A DNA stretch of 56,730 nucleotides from a virus (Duplodnaviria > Caudoviricetes): positions 1 through 56,730 of the IMG/VR virus record IMGVR_UViG_3300022752_000084, one strand, 5' to 3'. The notes below the pieces were generated by a model. It was not told the origin of the DNA, did not search any database, and saw only the letters and a list, made by a program, of their open reading frames with translations. How positions within the stretch are numbered: position 1 is the stretch's first letter; each line of letters starts with the position of its first letter. The position numbers were made by a program, and so were the translations under genes. Of this stretch, positions 26,673 to 36,649 are shown piece by piece.

Positions 26673-27032
26673 ATGTGTTTTTGTCCTAAATGTGAATTTT
26701 TAAAATCTCAGGTTTTGGAAAGCAAATTTGTTTACACGAGAAAAAGTATACGTAGGCGGAGGAAGTGCTTGCGTTGTGGCTTCAGATTTACAACTGAGGA
26801 AATCGTTTCTTCGACGCTTCCTGTTGGGCCAAAACTTTTTATTAAAAAACCAAAACGAACAAAACTTTTTGGCAGTAAAAACCCGCGCTCAGTTTTAATT
26901 GAAGATAATGTAAGAGATTTGAGATTACGCTATGAGAAAGGAGAGACGATGAAAGAACTTTCTATCGTTTTTGGAATTAGTGTTTCTCATATATCAAGGA
27001 TTGTCCGTCGCGAATCTTGGACACATGTTTAA
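26673..27032 (+). CDS. NrdR-like zinc ribbon fused to HTH
   Basis: CPKC...VLES...IRRRRKCLRCGFRFTTEE; C-terminal FGISVSHISRIVRRESW. Confidence 0.75.
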   Translation: MCFCPKCEFLKSQVLESKFVYTRKSIRRRRKCLRCGFRFTTEEIVSSTLPVGPKLFIKKPKRTKLFGSKNPRSVLIEDNVRDLRLRYEKGETMKELSIVFGISVSHISRIVRRESWTHV

Positions 27033-27268
27033 CAGGACTCTTTTTCCACTTGATCTGGGTCGATCAACTCAGTGATCGGAGGCAGCATCATACCTGATCT
27101 TGCGCACCATGTTACGAGAGAGGTAAACATTTTATTTTTCAGTAAAAACTGTTGGTGTATATTATCAAAAATTTCTAATAACTCGTCATGACTTGTCTTT
27201 TTAGCATCCTGCATAATTCTAAAATGTAAAAATTTCTGTTCGGTGCTTAACCAGGGTACACTTGGCAT
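27029..27268 (-). CDS. nblA: NblA-like phycobilisome degradation protein
   Basis: LSTEQKF...SHDEL...IHQQFLLKNKMFTSLV matches the NblA L-S/T-x-E-Q-x-F helix-loop-helix pattern. Confidence 0.65.
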   Translation of the reverse strand: MPSVPWLSTEQKFLHFRIMQDAKKTSHDELLEIFDNIHQQFLLKNKMFTSLVTWCARSGMMLPPITELIDPDQVEKESC

Positions 27269-27331
27269 TGATCCTCCTTGTTTTGTTTTAATTTACTAGA
27301 AATTTTCAAGATTCACCACACCTAAACCGCT

Positions 27332-27907
27332 ATGCTTCCATCGCCTGACATCGAAATTTTGTCTAGTTTTTACACGTTGCCAACTGGCGTCACCCACGCC
27401 TTGGCCAAACACTCGTATTTAGAAGGCACGATTTTGGTGCCGCACGACGATGAAGAGCAACGACTGAGCAATCAATTGCGAGCTCACAATTACGCGGTAG
27501 CTACTAATCGCGATGAAGAAAATGTAACTAACCCAATTTGGTGGGTATCTCAGCAACAAAAATATGATTGGATCATATCGTCGCTGCTTGGAAAGAAAGA
27601 ATTGTCCAGCTACATCCTTGAGTATGGGATGCAATCCGCAGTTAAAGGAATTGCAATTTTGGAAAGGTTATCTTTTTTAGAGCCAACAGCAAAACGCCGC
27701 GATTTTTTACTTCAACACAAATTATCAAATATCATAATTTTATCTCCACGTCCCAATTTTAGAGCTGTTGGATCAACAAAAGATTCAATCACTAGCGCCT
27801 GGTTCATTTTTCAAAAACCAGAATTTTGGCGCGATGGGACTTTTGTCTCTTATGCGGTAAACTGGGACAATATCCCTAAGTTACCAGAGGTTACCAATGA
27901 AATCTAA
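27332..27907 (+). CDS. DNA methyltransferase-like protein, catalytic motif degenerate
   Basis: FYTLP...DWIIS-SLLG (no NPPF)...LERLSFLEP...RPNF...KDSITSAWFIF. Confidence 0.65.
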   Translation: MLPSPDIEILSSFYTLPTGVTHALAKHSYLEGTILVPHDDEEQRLSNQLRAHNYAVATNRDEENVTNPIWWVSQQQKYDWIISSLLGKKELSSYILEYGMQSAVKGIAILERLSFLEPTAKRRDFLLQHKLSNIIILSPRPNFRAVGSTKDSITSAWFIFQKPEFWRDGTFVSYAVNWDNIPKLPEVTNEI

Positions 27908-28265
27908 CCCTCAGCACTTTAGAGATTTTCAAAAAACATTGATCGAATTAATCCAAAAGCAAAATGAAAAAATCGACAAACTTTGCGCCATTTTGGTTTC
28001 AGCCCAGCTTCTACAAGAATGCGTCTCACCAGACGGAGAAGGGCGAACTGCCGAAGACTGCGGACAGATTGTTGTTGAAAGTTTTTGTGCAAGCCTGTGC
28101 CTCAACGAAGAATTAAACAGTCATTACCGCGATTTTGATTATCAAAAATCAGAGTTTTTTCTTGACGCTGATGAGGGTGATGAGGACGATAAAGATGATG
28201 ATGACGATGATGACGACACGCCTGATTCATTTCCATCCGCGCCGCACCCTTTGTTGTCTTTGTGA
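27897..28265 (+). CDS. hypothetical protein with acidic tail
   Basis: 122-aa ORF with poly-Asp stretch. Confidence 0.7.
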   Translation: MKSNPQHFRDFQKTLIELIQKQNEKIDKLCAILVSAQLLQECVSPDGEGRTAEDCGQIVVESFCASLCLNEELNSHYRDFDYQKSEFFLDADEGDEDDKDDDDDDDDTPDSFPSAPHPLLSL

Positions 28266-28303
28266 CTTTTTAAACTAGAATATAACTACTTCGACACATT
28301 CTT

Positions 28304-29083
28304 GTGTCTCAAACTCGTTTAACGCTTAATGGTCTAAGACACTACAATTGCGCTGGTGTTGATAAACCTCTACCCTCTGTAACAAGTATTCTCTCGGCCA
28401 CACAATCCGAAGAAACTCAACGTAAACTTTCCGCTTGGAATAATTTAAATCCTGGCGTAGCCGATAAAGCTGCTGAACGAGGAACTTGGATTCACAACGC
28501 AGTAGAAAATCACATTCGTGGCTTAGCGGTTTGTCCTCCCGCAGACTACGCACCCTACTGGATTGATGTTCCTGAAAAAGTAGATGAACTACTAGAAGGT
28601 GGCAAAGTTCTATGGTCTGAAAAACCATATAACATGCCGAGTTGGTCTAAATACGTAGGTGATGATGGTATCGGGCGCATCCATCATTACGACAAAGAAA
28701 CTGGTTTTGGTTGGGCTGGTTGTTGTGACATTATTTACAAAGATAAAAACGGCGAATATATACTTGGCGACTTTAAAACTTCAGCAGGTCCTTACTCAAA
28801 ACAATTCCCAAGATCCACGGCGCCATTAAGCGAGCAAACGCGCAAAGCTTTAGTCTCCGGCGTATTTAAACTTAAAAAAACACAACTACAACTTGCTGCT
28901 TATAAAATTGCTGCAGAGCGCTGCCTCAATATATCAATTGATAAAACTCAAATAATTGTATCTACGGCTGTTCCCGATTTCTCTGTACAGGTGTTTACGT
29001 TTGGCCAATCCGAAATTGAAAAACACGAAGCCCAATGGCACTTACTTGTTAAGGATTTCTACAGCAAATTGCAGCAAGCTTAA
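28304..29083 (+). CDS. PD-(D/E)XK exonuclease
   Basis: PSVTSIL, ERGTWIH, AGCCD, DFKTS, QLAAY. Confidence 0.9.
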   Translation: MSQTRLTLNGLRHYNCAGVDKPLPSVTSILSATQSEETQRKLSAWNNLNPGVADKAAERGTWIHNAVENHIRGLAVCPPADYAPYWIDVPEKVDELLEGGKVLWSEKPYNMPSWSKYVGDDGIGRIHHYDKETGFGWAGCCDIIYKDKNGEYILGDFKTSAGPYSKQFPRSTAPLSEQTRKALVSGVFKLKKTQLQLAAYKIAAERCLNISIDKTQIIVSTAVPDFSVQVFTFGQSEIEKHEAQWHLLVKDFYSKLQQA

Positions 29084-29143
29084 CGCAACCTTCGGTGGCT
29101 GGCTTCAGTTTTACGTGCCAGAATGTCAGAACGGAGGGAGGTC

Positions 29144-31879
29144 ATGAGGTTTTTTTGTTCACTGAACAGCGAAGTTAAGAAATATTTAGGCGCATCGGGC
29201 AAGATCCCTAGTGGGGGGAATTTTAAAGCATTCAACGAGAATTGGATTCCTGGCGAAAGTTCAATTAAAGAGATTACAGCGGCTGTTTGCTCTGCATCGG
29301 GTTTGTGTGCGTGGCACTTGATTGACGGGCGTAGATCTAAGAACGATACAGGCGCAATTAAAGCAGGTCTTATTATTATCGATGTTGATAATCAAGATGA
29401 TAAAAAAGATAGCGACGGTGAAAAAGTACAACGACAAGAATTAACGCCAACGGAATCGATAACTTTAGAGTTATCAAAAAAGTATTTAAGTTTGGGTTAT
29501 TTTTCTCCAAGCAGTACTGCAACTTGGCCTCGGTTTCGATTAGTTTTTGGTTTAGAGAAACCAATTATTGATCCAGAGTTTTTTCAATGGTTCACTCGAT
29601 TTATTGCTGAGCAAATTCCTGGTTCTGATCGAAGGGCCACGCAGATCGTGAATTTGTTCTACGGTGCTAACCCCAATGAAAAAAATTCCATATTTTACCT
29701 TTCAGAGAACTTTATTCCTGCCGCAAAAATTGACGAAGCGTATCTAGCTTATTTAGCTGCGCCAAAACAAGTTAAGACCAATGAAGACGCCGAGGATTTT
29801 ATAAAAATTCCTGTGGATGAAAATGGGGTTGATATTTCACGCTTGGTTTCCTCTACAGTTCAGGGGATTTTGAACGGCGAAGCCGTAGAGGACCGATCTT
29901 TCGCCATGGCTATGGCTTTTAAGGAAGTTATCGGATGGTGCAATTGGTTAAACGAACAGAATATTGCGGTTCGGCAAGACCCCTTGACAATGTGCCGCCT
30001 GATATTTGAGAATATCTACGAATACAGCTCCGAACTGGATGGCAAATTTAATCGAATTTTAAGCAGCATAACCGATGCTGCCACCCTGCGCCCGGCAATA
30101 GCCCTCGCCTCTGAGGATGGCGAAACCGCTTTATGGAAAAAGTTAAAGTATCAAAACAAAGATCTGTACAAAGACAAATGTCCAGATTCAATTAAAGAAC
30201 AAATTCAAATCAAGAAACCAGCACCAAAAAACTCGGTGCTAAACATCAACGATTTAACAACATCAACATCAAACTCAAATTCAACTCCTTCAATGACTCA
30301 AACCACCCCGGCATCTCCTGCTCAATTAATCAATCTTCAACAAGAAAATCGACAGTTTTCTGAGAACGATATTGCTGAAGTAATAGTTAATAACTATGGT
30401 GATTCTTTTCTCTATGACTCAACACTTGATGAGTTTTTTACTTACGACTCTGATGAAGGTATTTGGTACATTCAAGATGAACAACATATCAAACGACGGA
30501 TTGTAAAAACCTTAGATACTTTTGTAGCGGCGGGTGTGTTGCCTAGATACAACGCGGCCACGGTGTCATCGGTGTTTCAATTATTGAAGGCCAAACTTTT
30601 GCGGTCGTTAAATAATGGTAGAACCGCTATTTGGCAAAAAAGTTTTGGGTACATACCCTTTGAAAATGGCGTCTTGGTAAGCGAAACTCAGAAATTTATA
30701 GACGGCAATCAACAAGATTTGTATTTTCGCACCAAATTACACTACCCGTATGACGTTAAGGCGTCGTGCCCTCAGTTCTTAGCTTGGCTTGATTCATCTG
30801 TAGGTGCCGACAAAGCTATTTTGATTCGAGCTTTTTGCAGAGCTCTACTAACGAGCTATACCACAGGTGAGCGGTTCCTTCACCTGGTTGGTCCGGGTGG
30901 CACAGGTAAGTCAACGATGCAGCAGATTTTAATTGCGTTGGCTGGTTTTGCTGGCACTCACACCAGTAGTTTGGAGATCATTGAAACGAATAAATTTGAG
31001 TGCCATAACCTGATTGGAAAAAAACTTTTGCTATTGACTGACGAGTCAAATTTCAACAAACGCTTGGATGTTTTAAAAAAGATAACTTCGGCATCCGACA
31101 CATTACGTGCAGAACGCAAATACGGAAAAGAAGTTATAAATTTCAAGCCAGAATTGCTGGTTTGCATTGCTTCTAATGAACACATTAGTTCCAGCGATAT
31201 AAGTAGTGGTCTTGAGCGTCGCCGACTTACGATCCTTATGGACAAAGTTGTACCTCCTTCTCAAAGACGCGATTTGTTAAACGTTTACGCAGATCATGTA
31301 GATGGAGATTTTGTACCAGAACTTTCAGGAATTGTTACTTGGGCGCTGTCCATGCCATTTGATGAGATGCGCGATGTGTTGGCGAATCCTGTAAAACATG
31401 TACCCACGCTGAATGCTACGAATCTAGAAGCTCTCATCTTCAACAACCCTTATGTTGCTTGGTTAGCAGAGTGTACATTATATGCGCCTAATCAATCTTC
31501 AATAATTGGCGGTGGCGCATTCAGACCTAGTACAGATGAATCAGAACGCGGACTTTTTGTTAAGAATGCCTATAGCGAGCTTTATGCTTCCTACGTAAAC
31601 TTCTGTAAATCAAATGGTTATAAACATTCGGCTAAGCCTCGGTTCGTGGACCGACTTAAAGAAACGATTAAAAATGTACTTCGAGTACCGGGTGTTGAAC
31701 CTCGGTTTATAAATGGCAAAGCAACCTTTGTTGGATTGCGATTGAAGCCCTATGATGTGACCACAGACCGTGCTTCGTCTGGCGAAGACCGGCTGCCATC
31801 GCCAGTGGAATTTGCCTCTAACCCAAGCCATGACTTTTGGAAAATCTCTTTTAACAAACATGACCCTATCCCTGCCTAA
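29144..31879 (+). CDS. primase-SF3 helicase (AEP-like N-terminus, D5/P4-type C-terminus)
   Basis: IIIDVD, SPSS...PRFRLVF; IPFENG; Walker A GPGGTGKST, LLLTDE, ASN, RRRL; GGAGG RBS. Confidence 0.9.
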   Translation: MRFFCSLNSEVKKYLGASGKIPSGGNFKAFNENWIPGESSIKEITAAVCSASGLCAWHLIDGRRSKNDTGAIKAGLIIIDVDNQDDKKDSDGEKVQRQELTPTESITLELSKKYLSLGYFSPSSTATWPRFRLVFGLEKPIIDPEFFQWFTRFIAEQIPGSDRRATQIVNLFYGANPNEKNSIFYLSENFIPAAKIDEAYLAYLAAPKQVKTNEDAEDFIKIPVDENGVDISRLVSSTVQGILNGEAVEDRSFAMAMAFKEVIGWCNWLNEQNIAVRQDPLTMCRLIFENIYEYSSELDGKFNRILSSITDAATLRPAIALASEDGETALWKKLKYQNKDLYKDKCPDSIKEQIQIKKPAPKNSVLNINDLTTSTSNSNSTPSMTQTTPASPAQLINLQQENRQFSENDIAEVIVNNYGDSFLYDSTLDEFFTYDSDEGIWYIQDEQHIKRRIVKTLDTFVAAGVLPRYNAATVSSVFQLLKAKLLRSLNNGRTAIWQKSFGYIPFENGVLVSETQKFIDGNQQDLYFRTKLHYPYDVKASCPQFLAWLDSSVGADKAILIRAFCRALLTSYTTGERFLHLVGPGGTGKSTMQQILIALAGFAGTHTSSLEIIETNKFECHNLIGKKLLLLTDESNFNKRLDVLKKITSASDTLRAERKYGKEVINFKPELLVCIASNEHISSSDISSGLERRRLTILMDKVVPPSQRRDLLNVYADHVDGDFVPELSGIVTWALSMPFDEMRDVLANPVKHVPTLNATNLEALIFNNPYVAWLAECTLYAPNQSSIIGGGAFRPSTDESERGLFVKNAYSELYASYVNFCKSNGYKHSAKPRFVDRLKETIKNVLRVPGVEPRFINGKATFVGLRLKPYDVTTDRASSGEDRLPSPVEFASNPSHDFWKISFNKHDPIPA

Positions 31880-32447
31880 AGATCTTCTTGTTGTGCTGGC
31901 CGCACTTAGCGCGGGTAGCATCGGAATTTCATCCTATTTAAATCCAAATTTGGTTCCGACTTTTTTGGCTGGATCCGGTGGTCTGTTGGCCGGTTCCTCT
32001 TTAATGCTTTCGGCAACATCAAAAAGAGAGGATGAGCTCTTAGAGTCTGCCCGAGTTTCTAACTCCTTTAAATTTCTTTATGACATTAATCGTGGACTAA
32101 TTTCGCCAGATCAACTCGCCTATCACTCTGGGGTAGAACTCTCCCAAATAATTCTGTTTCTGGACGTTTTGGCTGACGAACAAAAAGGACAGCGCATTCC
32201 CACGGAACGTGGAGTTTTATATTCCTTTCCCCACCCTGACAATGCTCTTTCAAAATTAACTGATAACGCTAAGAACTGGGCAGAAGCGCAGCAGCAACCA
32301 CTGCTTTCGCAGCTTCAAGATCTGCAAACAAAATTTAATCAGTTGTTGGTTTATCAGCAGCAACTCACAGCAAAACAACAACCATCAAAATCTGAAACAA
32401 ATTTTAACACCCCGGAAGGGATTGACCCTTGGAAGAACTTGCTATAA
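31860..32447 (+). CDS. membrane protein with coiled-coil tail
   Basis: Two N-terminal hydrophobic segments; Gln-rich C-terminus. Confidence 0.7.
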   Translation: MTLSLPKDLLVVLAALSAGSIGISSYLNPNLVPTFLAGSGGLLAGSSLMLSATSKREDELLESARVSNSFKFLYDINRGLISPDQLAYHSGVELSQIILFLDVLADEQKGQRIPTERGVLYSFPHPDNALSKLTDNAKNWAEAQQQPLLSQLQDLQTKFNQLLVYQQQLTAKQQPSKSETNFNTPEGIDPWKNLL

Positions 32448-32475
32448 TTACTGAGCGTAAGCAACAGGGCATTAA

Positions 32476-32503
32476 TAGGTGGGCCTAATCTCAAGCCCAC
32501 CTA
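32476..32503. terminator. hairpin between convergent genes
   Basis: TAGGTGGGC-10 nt-GCCCACCTA. Confidence 0.7.
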
Positions 32504-32513
32504 AGCCCGATTT

Positions 32514-33200
32514 TTACAATTGAAGCCAGCCACGGAGACTCCGATCGTTTTCCGCTGCTAATTTAACAGATTCTGCAATGATTGGTACGCAGTTCTGAAG
32601 AGAGTTTGCAATTTGTTTAGCTATAATTCTGTGTTCTGCCTGAGTTTCAACGGACGCTCGCAAACCAACATAATGTAAAAAACTACGAATACTACCCGTC
32701 ATATATATCTTTGTAGGGGCGCACATTGGCAAGATATTTCTAGCTGACTCTTTCGCCACGCCGGCTTCGAGCATATCTTTATACAACTTTTTAATTTCCC
32801 AGTATGTATCGTAAATCCTTTGTTTAAATTTAGCCGTAATTTCAATATCTAAATCGGCGGTCGAATTTTGCCGATTTTTTACATCTTGCCTTCTTAAATC
32901 AAAATCCCAACAAATTTCCTCTTCCTCCTCCAGCACATCCAATGGGTCACAATACCGTTGACTGGTTTCTTGAAAATTAAAAGATTTGTGGCGCATTATT
33001 TGCGCAGAAATCGCCCGTGATGTTATAATTTCAAACGATGCGCTGGCTTGTTCAAATACACTCCAATGTCCGTGCCTTATGCAATAATTTAAAAGTTTTG
33101 TAAACTCCTCTTTATCGGGGTTTTTCGCGCTCACTCGCGCATGACGAGCAATTACCCTTTGTGCATCTGGTGTTATCCAGTCCAGCTTGACATTATGCAA
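32514..33200 (-). CDS. thyX: FAD-dependent thymidylate synthase
   Basis: HWSVFEQ, RHKSFNFQETSQRY, AKESARNILP. Confidence 0.97.
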   Translation of the reverse strand: MHNVKLDWITPDAQRVIARHARVSAKNPDKEEFTKLLNYCIRHGHWSVFEQASASFEIITSRAISAQIMRHKSFNFQETSQRYCDPLDVLEEEEEICWDFDLRRQDVKNRQNSTADLDIEITAKFKQRIYDTYWEIKKLYKDMLEAGVAKESARNILPMCAPTKIYMTGSIRSFLHYVGLRASVETQAEHRIIAKQIANSLQNCVPIIAESVKLAAENDRSLRGWLQL

Positions 33201-33204
33201 AATT

Positions 33205-33366
33205 TTAAGGTGCCGGAACTTGAACTACTTTAGCTCCCGGAACAATATTCGCTGTTATTTTTTCAATCAATCCAGGATTTTTGGCTGTTACCGAACCAGC
33301 CACGCGGGCAGTTGTAACCGGCATCGTCCGTGGATCCATATTTAATTTTTGCCCGGCAGCTCGCAT
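33205..33366 (-). CDS. small protein, 53 aa, with RAAG and RVAG (not in ORF track)
   Basis: MRAAGQKLNMDP...ARVAGS...VQVPAP*; tiles between neighbours. Confidence 0.6.
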   Translation of the reverse strand: MRAAGQKLNMDPRTMPVTTARVAGSVTAKNPGLIEKITANIVPGAKVVQVPAP

Positions 33367-33367
33367 A

Positions 33368-33499
33368 TTAATAACTGGGATTTGCAGCTTGATAACGGAG
33401 ACGCTTCGTTACATCTGAGGGAGTTAAACCAGCGAGTTTGTATGGCTGCAAACTCAACCGTTGCCCCGCCATTCGCACTGGAAAATCGTTATCGGTCAT
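33368..33499 (-). CDS. small protein, 43 aa, with RMAG motif (not in ORF track)
   Basis: MTDNDFPVRMAGQRLSL...NPSY*; ATGA overlap with the upstream gene. Confidence 0.65.
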   Translation of the reverse strand: MTDNDFPVRMAGQRLSLQPYKLAGLTPSDVTKRLRYQAANPSY

Positions 33500-34029
33500 T
33501 TTACTACCTTCTTTGCGCGAGCCAAGTTCATAAGGCTATCAGCCATATTATAACTTTGCACCATCTTGGTGTCGTTCATCTGCTGGGCATTAAGGAAATA
33601 TTGTTTGTCGCCTAATAGACCGACTTGCAGAGCCTTGCGAGCACTAGGAGTATTGTCGGTTATAGATTGTATATATTCCTGCTGGCTCATATCGTCCGCA
33701 CTATCTTTCAGTGGGATTTGCTTTTGATTGTAACCCGCCACACCGGTTAATTCGGTGCTTTTCTTAATGTTGCCTTCACTGTACTCAACAGGCCCCACGG
33801 GTTGCCGCATGTAGATCCCGCGATCATGCGCTGCTTGAGCCGATACCCGAGATAAGCTATCGAGCTCCATAGCCCGACGTAAACCTATCTCGGCTGGTTG
33901 GTTCTTGCCTCGTAGACCCAATGGAAGGAGATTTAAACCACCGATCGGTTTCATTTCGGGTGTAACACGATCACCGTTTGGCTTTGGAATGATTGCCATA
34001 GTCGAGACTTTGACGGGACCGTCGTACAC
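33496..34029 (-). CDS. hypothetical late protein
   Basis: 177-aa ORF; true start may be the internal ATG (MAIIPK). Confidence 0.7.
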   Translation of the reverse strand: MYDGPVKVSTMAIIPKPNGDRVTPEMKPIGGLNLLPLGLRGKNQPAEIGLRRAMELDSLSRVSAQAAHDRGIYMRQPVGPVEYSEGNIKKSTELTGVAGYNQKQIPLKDSADDMSQQEYIQSITDNTPSARKALQVGLLGDKQYFLNAQQMNDTKMVQSYNMADSLMNLARAKKVVK

Positions 34030-34046
34030 TTCTAAGTTTATCTTAG

Positions 34047-34271
34047 CTAACGATTATCTGCGCGATTCGTTGATCGAGAAATAACTCTTAAATTATCGTT
34101 TTCTCGATTATGGGGATTGTGATCTTTATGATCTACATCCTTGCCATCGCCTTTATGAACACGGCCTTCTTTTTCTAAGTAACGACGAGATTTATTTCGT
34201 GCGGATCTACGTGCTATTTCCGCATCACTGCTTTGGAACTTGCGGTACTCGTCTTTATAATCGCGGGGCAT
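34047..34271 (-). CDS. small HNH protein
   Basis: RDYKDEY...GDGKDVDHKDHNP.N....NLRV.SRSTNR. Confidence 0.8.
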   Translation of the reverse strand: MPRDYKDEYRKFQSSDAEIARRSARNKSRRYLEKEGRVHKGDGKDVDHKDHNPHNRENDNLRVISRSTNRADNR

Positions 34272-34294
34272 AGAGTAAATGACTAGCTTGGTTT

Positions 34295-34324
34295 AAGCTT
34301 AGCCACGCGGATCAGCAGTCGATG
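34295..34324 (-). repeat. conserved downstream arm of fibre cassette B
   Basis: AAGCTTAGCCACGCGGATCAGCAGTCGATG, 29/30 identical to arms A and C; retains IDC* codons. Confidence 0.9.
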
Positions 34325-34325
34325 A

Positions 34326-36527
34326 TTATAAAGTCGCCATCATAAACATTAGAAGTTCTTCATATCGAATGCCGTAGCGATCTCCAGCAGGTTTTAATTC
34401 AATACCCTCCTCATCGTATTCGGCTTCCCATTGGTCATAACAAACAATGCCATAGCGGAAAGGATCAAGCTGTTCCTCCTCAAAAATTTCCATAACTTCT
34501 TGAGTAAGTACACCTATATGTATTCGCGCATTTTCGCCTTTCAACAAAACAGCATCTTTAAACAAAAACTTTTTAATTATTCTTTTAATTTTTTTAGCTA
34601 CTCTTTTTTCTGCTTCATTTAATTCTTCAATGTTTTGTTTTTCGCGTTTATCAGATGTATTAATGGTGCCAGTTGCCGCGTAAACGGTACTCCAGCGATA
34701 AGCTGAATCCCCTAATTTTGCAACATTATCAGCGCCAGGCAAAAGATAATTATACTTAAGGTAATATATGTCTCGTGATCCCGAAGAATCTTGAAAAGTA
34801 AACCGACGGGTATTGTCATAAATAGTAAATACACAACCATTATTGGCATCGTTTGTATTTGTAATAATGCTAATTTTAAGAGTTCCCGCTGTGGATATTT
34901 TTAATCCTGCCACGTTGGATGAAAAATGGTCAATTATAAGATGTGTTTGATCATTTGTAACAGTAGAATACGCAGAAGAATCTCCTACAACTACATTTAC
35001 GCCAGTGTTACTATAAGTATGTAAAGTATTTCCTAAGATTTGATTACTAACAGTTAAATTACCTAAAATATTTTGAGAACCAAGGCTTTGGCTTCCTTTT
35101 TGATAAAAATTAGCATAATCAATACTTGTATTAGCTAACGCCGTTGCGTCTGGAGTGCCAATAGCAAGTACCCCTGAAGGAGGTGTATAACTCAAATAAC
35201 CTTCAATATAAGACAACGCAGGGTTATATCCTATCCCGTAATTATCTCTAATAGCCGCTCCAATTCCCCCAGCAATTAAAATAGTGTCATAATTTCCTTC
35301 AAACCAGTTATTATTAATAAAAGAACTTTCTCCGTCTAATCTAATTGCTCTGCCTTTATTATTGTTTTCAAAAACACAGTTAGAAATAAACCACGTCTGT
35401 GTTCCACTAAGATCTAACGCTTCACACTCGTTTCGGTTTATAGCTGTTGATTTACCAACGCTAAAGTGGCATGCAGTAATTGCAAAGCTAGTGCCAGTTC
35501 TCATAGCACCCGTAGTCTTACTATAAGCTAAACCTTTATTAGATACATATTGAATATCGCAATATTCAACGCAACACGATATGCAATCATCAAACTGTAA
35601 AGCAATCCCCGCCCCAACATCAGTGGCACCCGGCCTAGCTAAACCTCCTATTGAACATTGACAAACCAAACAACGATCTGTTCCTTCAATCCATAATTGC
35701 GTAACATTAACAAAATTGGCAAATGTGTATATAGCAGAAGGCTGATACAACTTGAGTGCAAGACCTGCTATTTGAGAGCGATTTTGACCTTTATAAACAA
35801 CAACTTTTTTGCTAGTTCCTTGAAAGGAAGCCGCCTTACCATAAATGCCTATGCCAGTTTCAGCTCCTCCTCCAGTATTATTTCCAAAAATACTTAAACT
35901 TTTACCTCCTCCTCCTCCGTAACTTGCCCCAGAAGTGTTCCAATCAACAGTATCAGAAACAAGAATTTTGCCAATAATTAATAAGGGCAAACTAGAATTT
36001 ACTGCGGCAACAGCAGCATTTTTTAATCTAGTATGGTTATTGCCATCATCAGTCAAATCTCCAGGAATCCCAAAATCTGCTGTGCTGATAAAATCTTTCA
36101 GCTTACTATCAACAGTTCTAGTAGCGGCCCCAGTACCAGCTTGCAAGAAACTAAGTTTAGTTGCATTAATAGCTCCACTTATATTGACATCCGCATCAAT
36201 GATCGTACCGCTAGCAATCATTGTGCTAGTTACAGTTTCAACATCACCGACAGTTACGACATTATACCCGTTTCTACTTAACGTACCTGATACAACTACA
36301 CCTGATGCTGCAAATAACTGTCCGGTCATGTAGCCACCGGAAATTGGCACCTTATTTGATGCAGATACTAATCCCGCGTTACCCGACGCTAGTGCAATAT
36401 TTGCTAGGACTAATGCAGCATTACCCGAAGCCTGTGCTGTTGGATCCGTCGCTGGTCCAATAGTATCCCCAGGAGGAAGAGTACTAAAAGCACCACTAAC
36501 AAGAACTAAAGGAGTTTGAAGTGCCAT
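34326..36527 (-). CDS. tail fibre / tailspike B with peptidase S74 intramolecular chaperone
   Basis: Shared anchor; beta-helix; YRWSTVYAATGTINTSDKREK...HIGV.TQEV...YGIRYEEL. Confidence 0.9.
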   Translation of the reverse strand: MALQTPLVLVSGAFSTLPPGDTIGPATDPTAQASGNAALVLANIALASGNAGLVSASNKVPISGGYMTGQLFAASGVVVSGTLSRNGYNVVTVGDVETVTSTMIASGTIIDADVNISGAINATKLSFLQAGTGAATRTVDSKLKDFISTADFGIPGDLTDDGNNHTRLKNAAVAAVNSSLPLLIIGKILVSDTVDWNTSGASYGGGGGKSLSIFGNNTGGGAETGIGIYGKAASFQGTSKKVVVYKGQNRSQIAGLALKLYQPSAIYTFANFVNVTQLWIEGTDRCLVCQCSIGGLARPGATDVGAGIALQFDDCISCCVEYCDIQYVSNKGLAYSKTTGAMRTGTSFAITACHFSVGKSTAINRNECEALDLSGTQTWFISNCVFENNNKGRAIRLDGESSFINNNWFEGNYDTILIAGGIGAAIRDNYGIGYNPALSYIEGYLSYTPPSGVLAIGTPDATALANTSIDYANFYQKGSQSLGSQNILGNLTVSNQILGNTLHTYSNTGVNVVVGDSSAYSTVTNDQTHLIIDHFSSNVAGLKISTAGTLKISIITNTNDANNGCVFTIYDNTRRFTFQDSSGSRDIYYLKYNYLLPGADNVAKLGDSAYRWSTVYAATGTINTSDKREKQNIEELNEAEKRVAKKIKRIIKKFLFKDAVLLKGENARIHIGVLTQEVMEIFEEEQLDPFRYGIVCYDQWEAEYDEEGIELKPAGDRYGIRYEELLMFMMATL

Positions 36528-36619
36528 TATTTATCTCCGTGTATGCCAGACATAGTTTCTAAGACCGGCAAGACTTGATTCCCTAAGTTTAGCTGGTTTT
36601 TGCAGTTTAAGCAAACACT
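36525..36619 (-). promoter_or_regulatory. duplicated promoter/leader of fibre cassette B
   Basis: TTGCTT-17 nt-TAAACT; homologous to 19463-19557. Confidence 0.85.
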
Positions 36620-36649
36620 CTGCATAATCTCCACATGGGAACAGATTCC

